The notes below the pieces were generated by a model, which worked only from the letters and a program-made list of their open reading frames with translations, had not been told where the DNA came from and searched no databases. A program made the position numbers and the translations under genes. From NCBI GenBank assembly GCA_951406725.2, contig OX597826.1, positions 66,650,001-66,714,000 of the forward strand: a DNA stretch of 64,000 nt. The letters are read 5' to 3'. The DNA is from Octopus vulgaris (taxonomy: Eukaryota). Shown here piece after piece: positions 26,898 to 41,679 of the stretch (its first letter is position 1; the number at the start of each line of letters is the position of its first letter).

Positions 26898-27095
26898 CCA
26901 TCATCAACATCACCGTCGTCGTCGTCGTCGTCGTCCTCATCATCCTTATCCCATCACCATCATAACCATCATCATCATCATCGTCGTCATCACCATTATC
27001 GTCGCCATCACCATCATCATCATCATCATCATCATCAGCATCATCAGTATCATCATCATCATCATCATCATCGTCATCATCGCCATTATCGTCAC

Positions 27096-27129
<34 letters not shown>

Positions 27130-27148
27130 GTCGTCGTCGTCGTCATCG

Positions 27149-27192
<44 letters not shown>

Positions 27193-27560
27193 GTAACCAT
27201 CATCATCGTCGTCGTTGTCGTCGACGTCATCATCATCATCATCGTAGTGGTTGTCGTCGTCGTCGTTGTCCTCATCATCATCATCATCATCATCATCGTC
27301 GTCGTCGTCGTCGTCGTCATCATCATCATCATTATCATCGTCATCATCATCATCATTGTTGTCGTCGTCGTCGTCCTCCTCCTCATTGTCATTGTAATCG
27401 TCATCGTCATCGTCGTCGTCGGCGTATCGTTTTCATCGTCGCCATCGTCATCATCATGCTTACGATGATGATGATGATGATAATGATAATGATGATGATC
27501 ATCATCGTTGTCGTGGTCCATACTCTCGTCCTGGTCATCATCTTCGTCATCCTCATCACC
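26850..27560. repeat. (CAT)n/(CGT)n microsatellite
   Basis: Visible. Confidence 0.95.
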
Positions 27561-28065
27561 TCCCCTTCCTCTTCTTCCTTCCTTCCTCTCTGCTTCTCCC
27601 CTTAGTTCTCTCCAGCTCCTTTTCTTCATCATCACCATGCTTGTTGTCCCCTCGCTAATCCCTACATAACTGTTTGAGACCATAACAAGTGAAGGCTGCT
27701 CTTACCTCTTCCAGGTCCAAGTGGTGCATTCAACACCCGTTAATTCTACTCTACACTATCTTTACCACCCATGACACCGACAAGGATATTTTGTGAACGA
27801 GCGTGCGAGGGACAATTAGGTTTCACAAATGAGAGCAGAAGATAGACGGGTCTATGTGACAATAGACGGATTGTGAATAAGACTAGCGTGAAATAAAGTT
27901 GCTTTGATCGAGAATCGACCATTTGCGAATCACCAGCTCAGCAAAGAGTTGACGTCGATCGTTACCAAATAACATACATTTAAATAAATATTATAGTAAG
28001 ACTTGATGTTTGTTATTCATTAGTGCCTCACACGATATCAATAACGGTGACGTAGTTTACTGCAA

Positions 28066-28129
<64 letters not shown>

Positions 28130-28199
28130 ATTATATATATATATATTTATATATATATATATATATATATGTGGATATATACATATTTGTATATATATA

Positions 28200-28436
28200 T
28201 ATTTTTTTATTTTGTTATCTCCCCTTCTCCCTAGCTCTCCAGTGTGACCCTTCTGTCCGGCTTTTGCCACTGCACATTCTTTATTTTCTGTCCTTGTTTC
28301 TTTCTGTGTTCTTTTCTGTGGAAGAGCTTAGGGTCGAAACGTTAAAGACTTTTTCACTTCCCGAGCGTTAAACTAATACATCTGTTTGTTGTCTACACCA
28401 GCTGTCTTCGTCTTTTTTTTTTTGAGAATTCTCCCT
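28200..28436 (+). mobile_element. Penelope-like terminal repeat fragment with a degenerate hammerhead-like motif
   Basis: GGAAGAGCTTAGGGTCGAAACGTTAAAG at about 28320-28348, embedded between (TA)n tracts. Confidence 0.4.
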
Positions 28437-28459
28437 ATATATATATATATATATATATA

Positions 28460-28623
28460 TGGGCGTAGAAGTGGCTGTGTCGTGAGTAGATTGCTTACCA
28501 TCCACATGGTTCCGGGTTCAGTTCCACTGCATGGCACTGTGGGTAAGTATCTTTCACTATAGCCTCGGGCCGACTAAAGCCTTGTCAGTGGATCTGGTAG
28601 ACGGAAACTGAAAGAAACCCCTC

Positions 28624-28675
<52 letters not shown>

Positions 28676-28838
28676 TTGTCACCCCAACATCGCTCGACAA
28701 TCGATGGTTTATGTCCACGTAACTTAGCGGTTCGACAAAAAAGACCGATAAGTTGTAGGCTTACAAAGAATAAGTCCCAGGGGCGATTTACTCGACTAAA
28801 CGTGGTGCTCCAGCATGGCCGCAGTCTGAAACGAATAA

Positions 28839-28842
<4 letters not shown>
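28460..28842 (+). mobile_element. SINE family A
   Basis: Matches the other family A copies. Confidence 0.88.
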
Positions 28843-28889
<47 letters not shown>

Positions 28890-28890
<1 letters not shown>

Positions 28891-29340
28891 ATAAGTGGAT
28901 GTATTTTACACTATGAGCAAAATGTCTTTGTGCATGGGACTCAGTATATTAGAATTCATCATACTAAGTCTTTTTCATGAAGCAATCGTTTCTGTGTCAT
29001 ATTTAATTGTTTCTCTTTTTTTTATGCTTAACAAGCATTCCCAAATTATCTACATTCTGTTCAATCGCTGCAATTTAAGATTAGACTGTGGGTTGTTGAT
29101 GTGGTTTAATATTTGAAGATCTCTAACACATTGCAGTTTTATTAGACTATTACTGATGAGGTTTGATAAGACTGGAATGTGTGCGAAATTATCACCGCAC
29201 CTCCAGCGATTAGATCTCTCTGCATTAATTAATATATATTCTGGTTTCTCCACGTCGTCTTTGTTGTTAAGAATTGCGGCATTAAGATAGTGATTGCTTC
29301 GCTTCACCAATGGAGTAATTGAAATCTTTCTTTGTTCACT
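28890..29340 (-). mobile_element. Possible decayed L1/Tx1 ORF2 C-terminal fragment
   Basis: About 95 open non-repetitive codons, then ...*KRLSMMNSNILSPMHKDILLIV, reminiscent of the zf-RVT lead-in. Contains stops. Confidence 0.35.
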
Positions 29341-29395
29341 GAAGTATCTTAGTTTTGTATATACATACATACGTATGTGTATGTATATATGTCTA

Positions 29396-29455
<60 letters not shown>

Positions 29456-29585
29456 CATATATTTCGTGATACGTATGAATATGTACATATATATGTATAC
29501 ATATGTACACATATGTATATGTATATATATTATATATATACACATACACACCTATAGATATACACACACACATATATATATATGT

Positions 29586-29627
<42 letters not shown>

Positions 29628-29706
29628 TTGCATATGTATGTGTGTGTGTATATGTGTGTGTATATAATTAAATATATACCTGTATATACATGTATTTATA
29701 ACTATA

Positions 29707-29760
<54 letters not shown>

Positions 29761-32142
29761 CATACATACACACACATTTATATAGTTATTACATTATACA
29801 CATAATACGGTCATGTTTACAAGCTACATACACAAACACACTCGTACACGCATATAATATACATGACTGTCGTGAGAAAGATTTATGTTCGGGGCAAGAC
29901 TGTTTTCGGCTGCACCCCTCCCTCCAATTATTTACACCAGTCTGGCGTAATTTAAATATTTATTACCAAACATCATAGAATGACTAACTGGGTTACCAGT
30001 TTTTCTTGTGTGCAAAGTTTTCAATGATATATCTGAAATCAATATTTCGGCTGAGTTCCGATTCAATGCATCTGAAATAGTTCTTTATCCGTTGAAGCTT
30101 ACTTAACGAACGCTCTGTTGAGACTACCGTTGTAGACACGGTGAGAAAAATTCCGAGTAACGCACAAAGATTTAGAACTCTGTTTGTTAACTTGTAGATG
30201 TATGTAATTTCTTGAGTAAAAAATCCGTTGGTTTGAGTTGTAGTTCCCCAAAGTGGCAACGGTGTATCGTATTTTTCATGTCGGTTAACTCATTCGAAAG
30301 ATCTTTACATTAGTATTGTAAATTTTCTGTATCTGACATGCATTTTTGTGGTCAAAAAGCAGTTTTTTTTCTGATGTAGACAGGTATTGCCAGAGGAATG
30401 AAAAAGTATTGGAAATTTTCTTTGCAACTTTAAAGCTTCTTGTTAGACCGTGTATGACAGAATCGACAGTGACAAAACAAAAAAACATATATTCGAAATA
30501 ATGATTTTGTATATGCGTCAGGATCCTTCTCTTAGTTTTCACCACTTAACTGGTTCTCATACACAATTTCTTTCACTTTCTCTCATTTGCTTGTAGTTTA
30601 ATTTCCATTTACAAACGGTTAGCGATATATTTTGACCCTGTCAACAATGTCAAACTTATCACGCAACTTCTGCAGATTTGTCGATAAACATTTCACTGTT
30701 TTCCACAAGAATGTAAAGACTGGTATCCCTTGGTCTGTAACACCATGTTGCAGATATTAGTGTATAAATACTGAATCAAATGGATGACAGGAACATTCAT
30801 CTAAAAGAGTACATGTGTGTAATTGTTTCTGTTCACTTCTGGTCTTCGTCGTTAGATTAAAATTCAGAATATCCCGTAGAACCAATTTAATTCAATTCAG
30901 ATTTAATGTAAATACTTTTACACTATAAATTCTGGTTGATCACTCAGTAGCTGACATGTGCTGCGATGATTGACAGCTTGAGTGCGTCACAAGATTTTAT
31001 CTTTTAGATTATATGAGAATACATTAGAGCCGCCTCCAGTAGTACCGCGAAAGGTGATTGGTTTAGCACACCACTCTGCTGAATCCGTGTCACACAAATT
31101 CAATGTATGGCATCCATATTGTGAGAAAAATAGCGGGTGGATTTGCATTGATAACCTTTGTATTCTTTTGTACTTGACTGCCATATTGACACCTCGACTC
31201 CTGCAGTGTTCCAAAAGAATGTAATTTTTAATCAATGCTTCTTTTATCAGGTTTCCAATGTTATTTTCTCAACGACCTTCAAAGGATAAAAATCTCTCTT
31301 GACTCTTAAAATTCACAGTTTATACATTGAAGGTAACTTGTGATAAATGTCGTCTCTCCGACATGTGTGGAATCAGTTGCTGCATCAACTATTATTGAAT
31401 ATTATTAGGTCTTTGATCTTTTAAATAGTATGCGTTTGAAAATGAGATCAAAGCGAAGAGAAATCAATTAATTTTATGATTCAGTTTGACAAATATATAT
31501 ATATATATATACATATATATTTTTTTGGCATTCTATCACCTTTTTTGAATGAGTTTCAAATACGGAATCCCAATGAGAGAAAAGTTCAACCAGCCCAAGA
31601 AAGTTAGCATTGCGCTCATCTCCAAACAAAGAAGAGGTACCAAGCGAAGCTAATCTTCTTTCATCCGAAAATTAAATAATACCAATTAAACAGAGTAAAA
31701 TATTAACTCAGTTAGCCTCCTTCATTACAATTTCTCTATTCAGGAAAAGTTTCATGTAGTCTCTGTGAAACATCACTCAATTTAAGCTGGTTATTAAGTG
31801 GCTGTTCAGGAATTCGGTCCCATTATTTTCTCCGTTCTCTTTGATAGAAGATCCGTTCTCTATTGTCCTGGTACATTAACTACACCTTTCCCAAAGAGTC
31901 GACATGATCAAGAAAACATGGCTTGTTTCTTAACACAAGTCAATCTCTCTCAGTCATTCCACTTTCGTCAAATAAGAAAAGTTGTTGTTGACTCTGGCGT
32001 GAACAAATTTTTCATATCAAATTTTTCATATCAAATTTTTAACATCAAAACAATCCAACCTTTGTGGTCTTTTCCGGGGCTGGTTTGAACTTAGTGGTAT
32101 ACTGCTCTCGTGCAAACCCGAATACTTTTCAAAACTGCAGAT

Positions 32143-33258
32143 CAGCGGTTCTTAACCGGGAGCTTATAAGACACATGGGGGTCCATATAATATTTTGAGG
32201 GACCCACGCGTACAAAATATTAAATTGGAGATTTACAGTAGTATTTTAAAGGTCCATGAATAGTATTGATTTCAATGTATGTATTGCAAGAAACAGCTAG
32301 GTTTATTTCTCCATTTTCCATCGTTTAACCTATAAAGGGTGTCCCAAAATTCACTGACGGGTTTCATTTTTTTATAATTTCCTTAACTTTACAAATAAAT
32401 TCATGAAATTTTGATACAATATAAAGGACATAATGAAAATTAATTATTTAACATTTTCCCTCTCTTTTCAGATTTTATGTGCTCACGAATCTGCGAAATA
32501 CATTATGAAAAAATACAGCACATCCAATTCTGCTTCCAGCATCAGGGATCGATAATTCAGACCTAGAGAGCATTTGTCGACAATTCCAAATGACAGATGC
32601 ACCGAGTGAGAATGCGATTAAGAATTTGATTCGTCGTTTCGAATAGCAAAGAACAGTAGTCAATCTTCCACGATCTGGGAGACCTCACAATGTCAGAAGT
32701 GATGAGACACGCGAACAAGCCCGCGACTAGCCAGGATTTATTATTGTAGGGATAGTTCAGAGACAACAAACCAGAGACTCTGGTGCAACTGAAGAAATCA
32801 GAGAAGTGGGGTCTGAAATTCTTGGTGGTGTTATAGTGCAAGTTCTGGAAAGAGCACGGGAGTGCGAAGCCAAAAATGGCTGCCATTTAAGCGATGTAAT
32901 TTTTCATATGATATGTAGTGGTGTTACTCAATTTGACTTGTGCATAAAAATTTCCATTATGTTCCTTATATTGTATAAAAATATTTATTTGTTAAGTTAA
33001 GGAAGTTATTAAAAATTAAAACCCATCAGTGACTTTTGGAACACCTTGTACAAGTGAATGATTTTGATTTGATTTTGATTTTTCCAGTTTCAGCTCATGA
33101 GCTGTGGCCATGCTGGGGCACCGCCATGAGTGACAAACACAAGTGAAATTTTGAAAGAAGTATCTATAAAATTAGTTTTTAAAAATCGAATGGCTATGTG
33201 GGTCCATCAGAATAAATGAGTAATCAGAGTGGTCCATAGCTAAAAAAGAGAACCACTG
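32143..33258. mobile_element. hAT (Charlie-type) MITE nested in the hAT relic
   Basis: Termini CAGCGGTTCTTAAC ... GAGAACCACTG. Confidence 0.7.
32335..33048 (+). mobile_element. Internally deleted Tc1/mariner element nested in the MITE
   Basis: TA flanks. About 55-bp TIRs AAGGGTGTCCCAAAATTCACTGACGGGTTT.../...AAACCCATCAGTGACTTTTGGAACACCTTG. Transposase N-terminal relic RRFE*QRTVVNLPRSGRP. Confidence 0.8.
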
Positions 33259-33324
33259 CTGATCATCTTGTTTTCATTTTTTTCTGGAGTACATAGTTTT
33301 TATCTTATGGTGGCCAAAAGGATA

Positions 33325-33546
33325 CGTGGGGGTGCCGAAAAGTTCCTGGCTTTGGGTAAAAGAAAATACAGGAGGATCACTTAGTTATGATTTTATTCAA
33401 CATATCTCTCACTCATATTCACATGCTTTCTCATATTGCAGCAGTCCTTAAGTTTTTCTAAGCCCTGTAAAAGACCTCAGAAGGTTGGGCCTCCAATCAG
33501 GCTTTTCACGATACCCTTAAAGCCATGAACCTAACAGCACCCCGTC
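33325..33546 (+). mobile_element. mariner-type MITE
   Basis: TA|CGTGGGGGTGCCGAAAAGTTCCTGGCTTT ... AAAGCCATGAACCTAACAGCACCCC. Same family as 24247-24483. Confidence 0.75.
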
Positions 33547-33715
33547 TTATATCACTTAACTTGTTCAAAGTAATGACTTCTTTACTTTTTGCTCTCGTTC
33601 ATCTTTTGCTCTTCTTCCACTTTGCTTTTGTGATTCTGATTTCTCTTTATAACATTACACCAATAAGACAGATATATATATATATTTTTTAGACAAGCAG
33701 TAAATATTTGATTGG

Positions 33716-33796
33716 CACACATCCTATTAGCGGCTGCGCGCTATGACTTCCGAAAGAACAGGAAGTCATAGTGCGCAGCCGCTAATAGGATGTGTG
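33716..33796 (+). other. Near-perfect 36-bp-arm hairpin
   Basis: Arms 33716-33751 and 33761-33796, 9-nt loop GAAAGAACA. The single non-Watson-Crick pair is G-T. Confidence 0.9.
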
Positions 33797-35055
33797 TGTT
33801 TGACAGCTGAATTACTATTGAATAAGTGGAAAGAGAGAAAGAAAACACGAGGGGGGAAGAATGAAAAAGAAGGGTAAAAAGAGAGATAAAGAGAAAGCAA
33901 GTAAGCACTTAATAATGGAAGTGAATTAAATAGTACGATGGGAAAAGTATTGGAAAGAGCGAGAAGGTAGTGAGGACGAAATGAAGGTCATAGGGACATT
34001 AAGATGTGAAGGGGGAGTAGAGCAATATACCTGTGGTGGTGGGTTGAGGAAAGGTACTTTTCTCTGTATTATTGTGTGTTTCCGTATATGTCGGTAACAC
34101 ACATATTCACATATTGTATTCTTTAGGTTTTCTTGTTCGATTATGAAAAATGTTTTTGATTTGAAACCGTGTGTTGAGAACAATAATGTTATATTAAGGA
34201 AGGGTCATAATCGATAAAGACTTATAAACACACTTATCAGTGCTTTGTCTAAATTTCACTTATCTTCTTTTTTCGAAACAACGCAAAAGTCGGTTATAAA
34301 GTGGAAACCAAGAATTTAAAAGAAAAGACAGTATATTAATTGAGAAAGGTATAAATTTGTCTAGAGAAAAAAACATTCGGTGGTTTGGGAAACTGTTTTG
34401 AAAAAGAAATAAAAGTGAAATATAGACAAACAACAACCGGTGAATGAGTTTATAGGTTTTATCTATTATCACTCCTCCCAAATGTAGTAATATTGTTTAT
34501 TTCTTTCGCTTTAGTAATTAGAACCACAAGCGGCCCATGACCTCTTGCTGGGTATTTTGTTATTTATCATAGGCCTCTGGACAATAAATACTTTATTCAC
34601 ATCTTTACTATGTTTATACATTGCAATGTTTCTTAAAGATGAGTGGAGATAAATGATATATATTGATTCAATTTGACAATAAAATTATATGAAAGTATAA
34701 TTAAATCATGAAACGGAAATTGTTTAATCGGATTTTATTTTCTCTCTTTGTTGGACGGGTATTAGGCTTGTAAAGATAAATTAGATAAAATCTACATCTT
34801 GGTTTAACGTTGTGAAATACTTTTATTTTCAAATACACGCGTTAGTCACGATGAATAATACAAATCTGTGGGTATGAGACGTTTTGGCGTAGTCGTTGTG
34901 ATTCTGCCTATATATATATCGATATATATATATACATATATACACATATATATGCATACCTACCTACCTACCTACCTACCTACCTACCTACCTACCTACC
35001 TACCTACCTACCTACCTACCTATCTATCTACCTACCCACCCATACAAAAACCTAC

Positions 35056-36190
<1,135 letters not shown>

Positions 36191-36444
36191 TACCTACCCA
36201 CTCATCCAAAATTTCGGGCCTTGTGCCTAGAGTAAAATAAAATTAAAAAATGCAGATTCTCTCCTCAACTTTCTCTGACATAGTCAATGCGACGAACACA
36301 CGCTACGCACGTTACTTCCAAGCACTGCTGTAAACAGCGGAAGTGAGCTCTGTACAGCAGAGTTCAATGTCAATCTGTGACAAGCGGCTTCACTCTGTGC
36401 GCTTTAGCTTCGTTATTATGGCAACAATACCGGATACTTATCAA

Positions 36445-37395
36445 ATAACATACATACATACATGCATTGCATACAAACATACATACATAGTACGTACATG
36501 CGTTACATACAACAAATATATGTAGATTCATGCATACATTTGTACATACATATATACATACATACGTACGTACATGCTTTACATACAAACATATATATAT
36601 ATGCCTTCACGCATGCATACGTACATACATATATGCATACACATACATATATACATACATATATACATATATACATACATATATACATACATATATACAT
36701 ACATATATACATACATATATACATACATACATATATACATACATACATATATACATACATATATACATACATACATATATACATACATACATATATACAT
36801 ACATATATATATACACACATATATACATACATACATCATACATATGTATTGCATACAGCCATATACATTATACATTGATGCATACGTGCATGCTACCACA
36901 CAACACGACCACTGCATACTGTACAACACCGCCATACCATCGCACAACCCGTAATCATCACAATCACAACACCGCACAACAACACAATAAATGATTAATA
37001 AAAAAAACAAAAAACAAAACAAAGCTAAAACAAAAGAGTATATAAAACAAAGAAACAAATAAAACAAAAAAAAATCACCAATATAACATTTAAATATTAA
37101 TAAAACGAAAAAAAAAATCAAAAAAAAAAATCAAAATAAAAAAATCAATAAAATATTTAAACGGAATCAATTATCTCGAAATTTCTTGGCAAACATCTCT
37201 TATGAAATCTTGTTGATTTCGTTGTTCAGCTGGATTATACTCGTTGTTGTTGTTGTTGTAATTGTCGTTGTTGTTGTTGTTGTTGCTGTTAATGATGATG
37301 ATAATAATGATGATGATGATAGCGTCGCCGTCGTCGTCATCGTCTTTGCCGCTGCTGTTGTCTTTTCGCTGATATATATATATATATATACATAC

Positions 37396-37472
<77 letters not shown>

Positions 37473-37512
37473 CATATATATACATATATATACATATATA
37501 TACATACATACA

Positions 37513-37563
<51 letters not shown>

Positions 37564-37565
37564 TT
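36445..37565. repeat. (TACA)/(TA)/A-rich/(GTT) microsatellite field
   Basis: Visible. Confidence 0.9.
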
Positions 37566-38144
37566 ATATGGTTCTATATATGTGTTTAGTTATCTGTGTT
37601 GTATCTGTTGTACGACTTTCTTGTTGTGTTGTAATATTTACTCTTTCGCTACGGATGTACGCCATTTTTATACATTTATTTATTTATTTATTTATTTATT
37701 TATTCATTTATGTATTTGTTTATTATTTATTTTTTAGCAGTAGGTGTTGTTATTTTCCAGTGTTGCTCTTGTTGTTGTTGTGGTTGTTGTTGTTGTTGTT
37801 GTACAGTTTATCAAATATCAAGTGATTGCTTCGGGTGTGATTTTATCGACTAATGAACTGAAATTATAGGAGCGGCAGCAGCTGCGGCAGCAATAGCAAC
37901 ATCAACAGCAGCAGCAGCAGCAGCAGCAGCAGTGGCAGCAGTAGTAGTAGTGGTAGTGGTAGTTGCAGCAGTAGCAACGGTAACAGCATTTAAACATTAA
38001 CATAGACCATAAATATATATATATAATTTCAAAAATATTATCATCCTTATCAACCTCATCATCACCACCATCACCGCAATCACCGCCGCAACCACCACCA
38101 CCACCACCACCACCACCACCACCACCACCGCCGCCGCCTCCACC

Positions 38145-38178
<34 letters not shown>

Positions 38179-38736
38179 ACATCATCATCATTAATATCGT
38201 GATCATCATCAACTGTATCCCCTTCACCAGCACCGCCACCATGACCACGACCACGACCACGACACCACACCACCACGACCACCTCCATGACGACGACGAC
38301 CACCACCATTATCGTCATATCATCATAACGATGAACATCGTCATCATCATCATCATCATCGCTATCATCATCGTCACCAAAACCGTCGTCTACCCACCGC
38401 CACGACCACCATCCGTACCACAACAATGACGACGACGACGACGAACACCATCACCACCATCACCACCAGCATCACGACCACCAACATCACCAGCATCACC
38501 ACCGCCGCCGCTACCACTACTACCACCAATATCACCACTGCTATCATAATCATCTTAATAATTATCATTATATTAGTCGTCGTCATCATCATGATCAGTG
38601 CGCCGTCGCCGCCGTCATTGTCATCATCACCTATATAACTTCCCACTTAAGACAAAGCAACACGGACAAGAAGAAGAACAACAAATCGCAGCAAGCAATC
38701 TATCTTTTCAGCTTTGACCAGACTAATATAATCGGT

Positions 38737-38901
38737 GATCAGGAATAAAGTCACAGGAAAAAAATGTCACAATTAATTTATGGGATCCGGACAAAACCCT
38801 CCTAGGACAAAAGCCCTCTAGGATCAACCACCCTAGGACAAAACCCTCTAGGTCAAAACTCCCCAGACAAAACCCCTGTGACTTTTTTTTTACCTGGATT
38901 C
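38737..38901. mobile_element. Small MITE with internal about 16-bp tandem repeats
   Basis: Ends AAAGTCACAGG / CCTGTGACTTT are inverted. About 6 copies of GGACAAAACCCTCCTA-like units inside. Confidence 0.55.
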
Positions 38902-39600
38902 ATATAATCATATACACAAAGGTATGCAGCAATAACACCAACAACCTCATTATTGCCCCACCACGTAAACATTAATTTAAGAGGCCCAGCGTCAACAACA
39001 AATGTACAAGAACAGCAACTGTTCTCTTATAATGCCTTGGTCTACAGGGGTCAACTTACAAGACATTTTGGTATAGAACTCTGCTGATTCTGAACTAAAA
39101 GCAGAATCAGGACTGACTTACCAGAGTAGGACCAATGCCACGCTACAAAATATCCGTGGCTGTGTGGTTGCGAAGCTCGCTTCCCAATCATGCGATCTTC
39201 GGTTCAGTTTTACTGTGTGACATCATGGCCAAATGCGTTCTATTGTAGCTTCGGTCTGACCAATGCCTTGTGAGTGAATTTGGTAGATGGAAACCGAAAG
39301 AAACCCGTGGTCACACACATACACGCACGCGCGTACGCGCACGCACGTATGCACACGCATACACCATACAAGGAGTTGAAAGAATTGCCATTAAGCATAT
39401 TGTTCGATGGGTTAACAATTCTGCCAGCTCGCAACCTTTGTATCAATAATAGCGAATCGGTGTTTTGCGTATTTTAAAGAATGTTAGGAATAAACGCCTA
39501 AAGATCATACTAGACCTTACAGCCAACTTTACACAAAGTGGTTGTTGAGCGATGCAGGGACACACACACACTCTCTCTCACACACACACACTCTCCCCCC

Positions 39601-39639
<39 letters not shown>

Positions 39640-39922
39640 AGGTTTTAGGTTTCTGCTGAATTTTCGTCTACCAAATTCACGCACAAGTGCGATTGAACAC
39701 GAAAATACGAGGTTGCAAAATGAACTTCTCCAGTACAGAGCCGTGCTAGCGCCGTGTTAAAAGAGGACCACCACCCACAGCATAAATAATGACACGGATG
39801 CGTTCTACACAATCACTTTCCAATGCTATATAACTCAAATTACGCCATCACATATCTATTCTACACTTATACACACTCACCTCCCAATAATATAATCCAA
39901 CACCCCTATATATATGTATATG

Positions 39923-39991
<69 letters not shown>

Positions 39992-40105
39992 TATATATAT
40001 ATATATATCAATGCACATACACATATACTCACATATGTATATATAAATACACACACATATATACATATATGCATATGTATGCATGTATGTATGTATGTAT
40101 GTATG

Positions 40106-40148
<43 letters not shown>

Positions 40149-40744
40149 TCTCTGTTCTCACCTCCCAGTACTACAGAATAATTCACACAGTACATTTTCT
40201 CTACAATCATTTCCCAATACGATAATTTCTCATCAAAGCTACATCGTTTTAGAATTCCCTTTATAATTGAACAACATATTGAAGAGACATTTCCTAGAAA
40301 TTAAAGACAACCAGTGGGATATCAGAGAAAGACTCTAAGCAAAAAAAAAAGAAAATGTAGCGATTTTGAAGGAAGTTAACAGCGGATTAGCGATAATTAC
40401 AAAATGAATTAAAGGTCATGGAGTGTAGAATCGGTAAAATAACGAATCAAGCGCCATACCGTGTTTATTATCCGTCACGATTGTCAGTAGACTGAGTTCA
40501 AATTTTGCTCGACTCAATTTTGTTTTTCAACCAATACAATAAAACATAATATATACGACCAATAAAATATAATAAGACATTGTACTAGGATCGATTTAAA
40601 ATCGATTTCACACTCCTCTAAAATGCTTGGCTTTGAGCCTACTTCAGAAGTTATTAGAAATATTGGATAATATATATATATATATATATATACAATGGTA
40701 GATACAGACAGACAGATATATGTATATATACGTATCTACATATC

Positions 40745-40794
<50 letters not shown>

Positions 40795-41679
40795 CAGATA
40801 GGTATAGACATATGTGTGTGTGCGTGTATACACACGCATATTTATAAATGTATGTATGTATGTATGTATAATATTTAACAGACTAATGCACGTCACAGCA
40901 TTTGTAATAACTGAAGATGCTGGGATAAAAATCTCAAACGTAACCAAGCAAAAAGATACAACGGAACAAACGTAGAAATAAGAAGAAACAAACAAGCGAA
41001 AGGGAAGAATCAACCGAAGGAGAAAAGATAGAAGAAGATTTAAAAATCTAAAGGAAAAACGTAAAAATATTAGCTAAAAAGTCAAAACCCACTGTTATAT
41101 AGAATGTTTAAAATTAAGGATGAACAGGAGCCAAGAGAAAGTAAGGAAAGATTTATGGATGAAGTGGAAGAGAAATCTTGGAGAATAAATAGTTTGGGAA
41201 AAATAAAGAAATATAGAAATATAAGAAATCGCACAATTGAAACAAGGTAAAATATTCTGTGAACACAAACAGTAAATTTAGAGAGAAAGAAACAAGAAAA
41301 TGAATAAACGTTGAGAATATTCCAGTGAATTGTGAATACGAAGAGATTGGAGAAAATATGGAGAGTAGAAATATATCATAAGACAATTGAAATAATGTAC
41401 TAGAGGAGAGGAATGGATGGAGAGAGTGAGAGAGTGAAGGAGAGTGAGAGAGAAAGAGATTACGTCCAATGTAATATATTCTACGAGAAGAATGGAGAGA
41501 TATTACAGCAAATGTATTGTTATACCACAGCAATAAAAGGATTTAACAGTAAACGTATTATGTTCTTCAACTGCAGTAGAGTGATATTACAACCGATGGT
41601 GTATGACGTGCTGCAGTGATAGAGCGATTGCATACAAGATGCAGCAGGTTTTATACCACAGCAAACAGGAAAATATCGG

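Larger units (their letters stand above)
29993..33645 (-). pseudogene. Decayed hAT transposase (ZMYM1/Tip100-like), interrupted by nested elements
   Basis: NMAVKYKRIQR...GCHTLNLC (CxxH region) and IFLTVSTTVVSTERSLSKLQRIKNYFR...IIENFAHKK (hATC dimerisation domain). Many stops and frameshifts. Confidence 0.8.

Noticed and set aside
24690-29180. CTGATGA boxes at about 24698 and 29154 as hammerheads
   Set aside because: No stem II followed by GAAA.
38786-38880. CRISPR-like short repeat array
   Set aside because: Repeats are contiguous with no unique spacers, there are no cas genes, and the context is eukaryotic.
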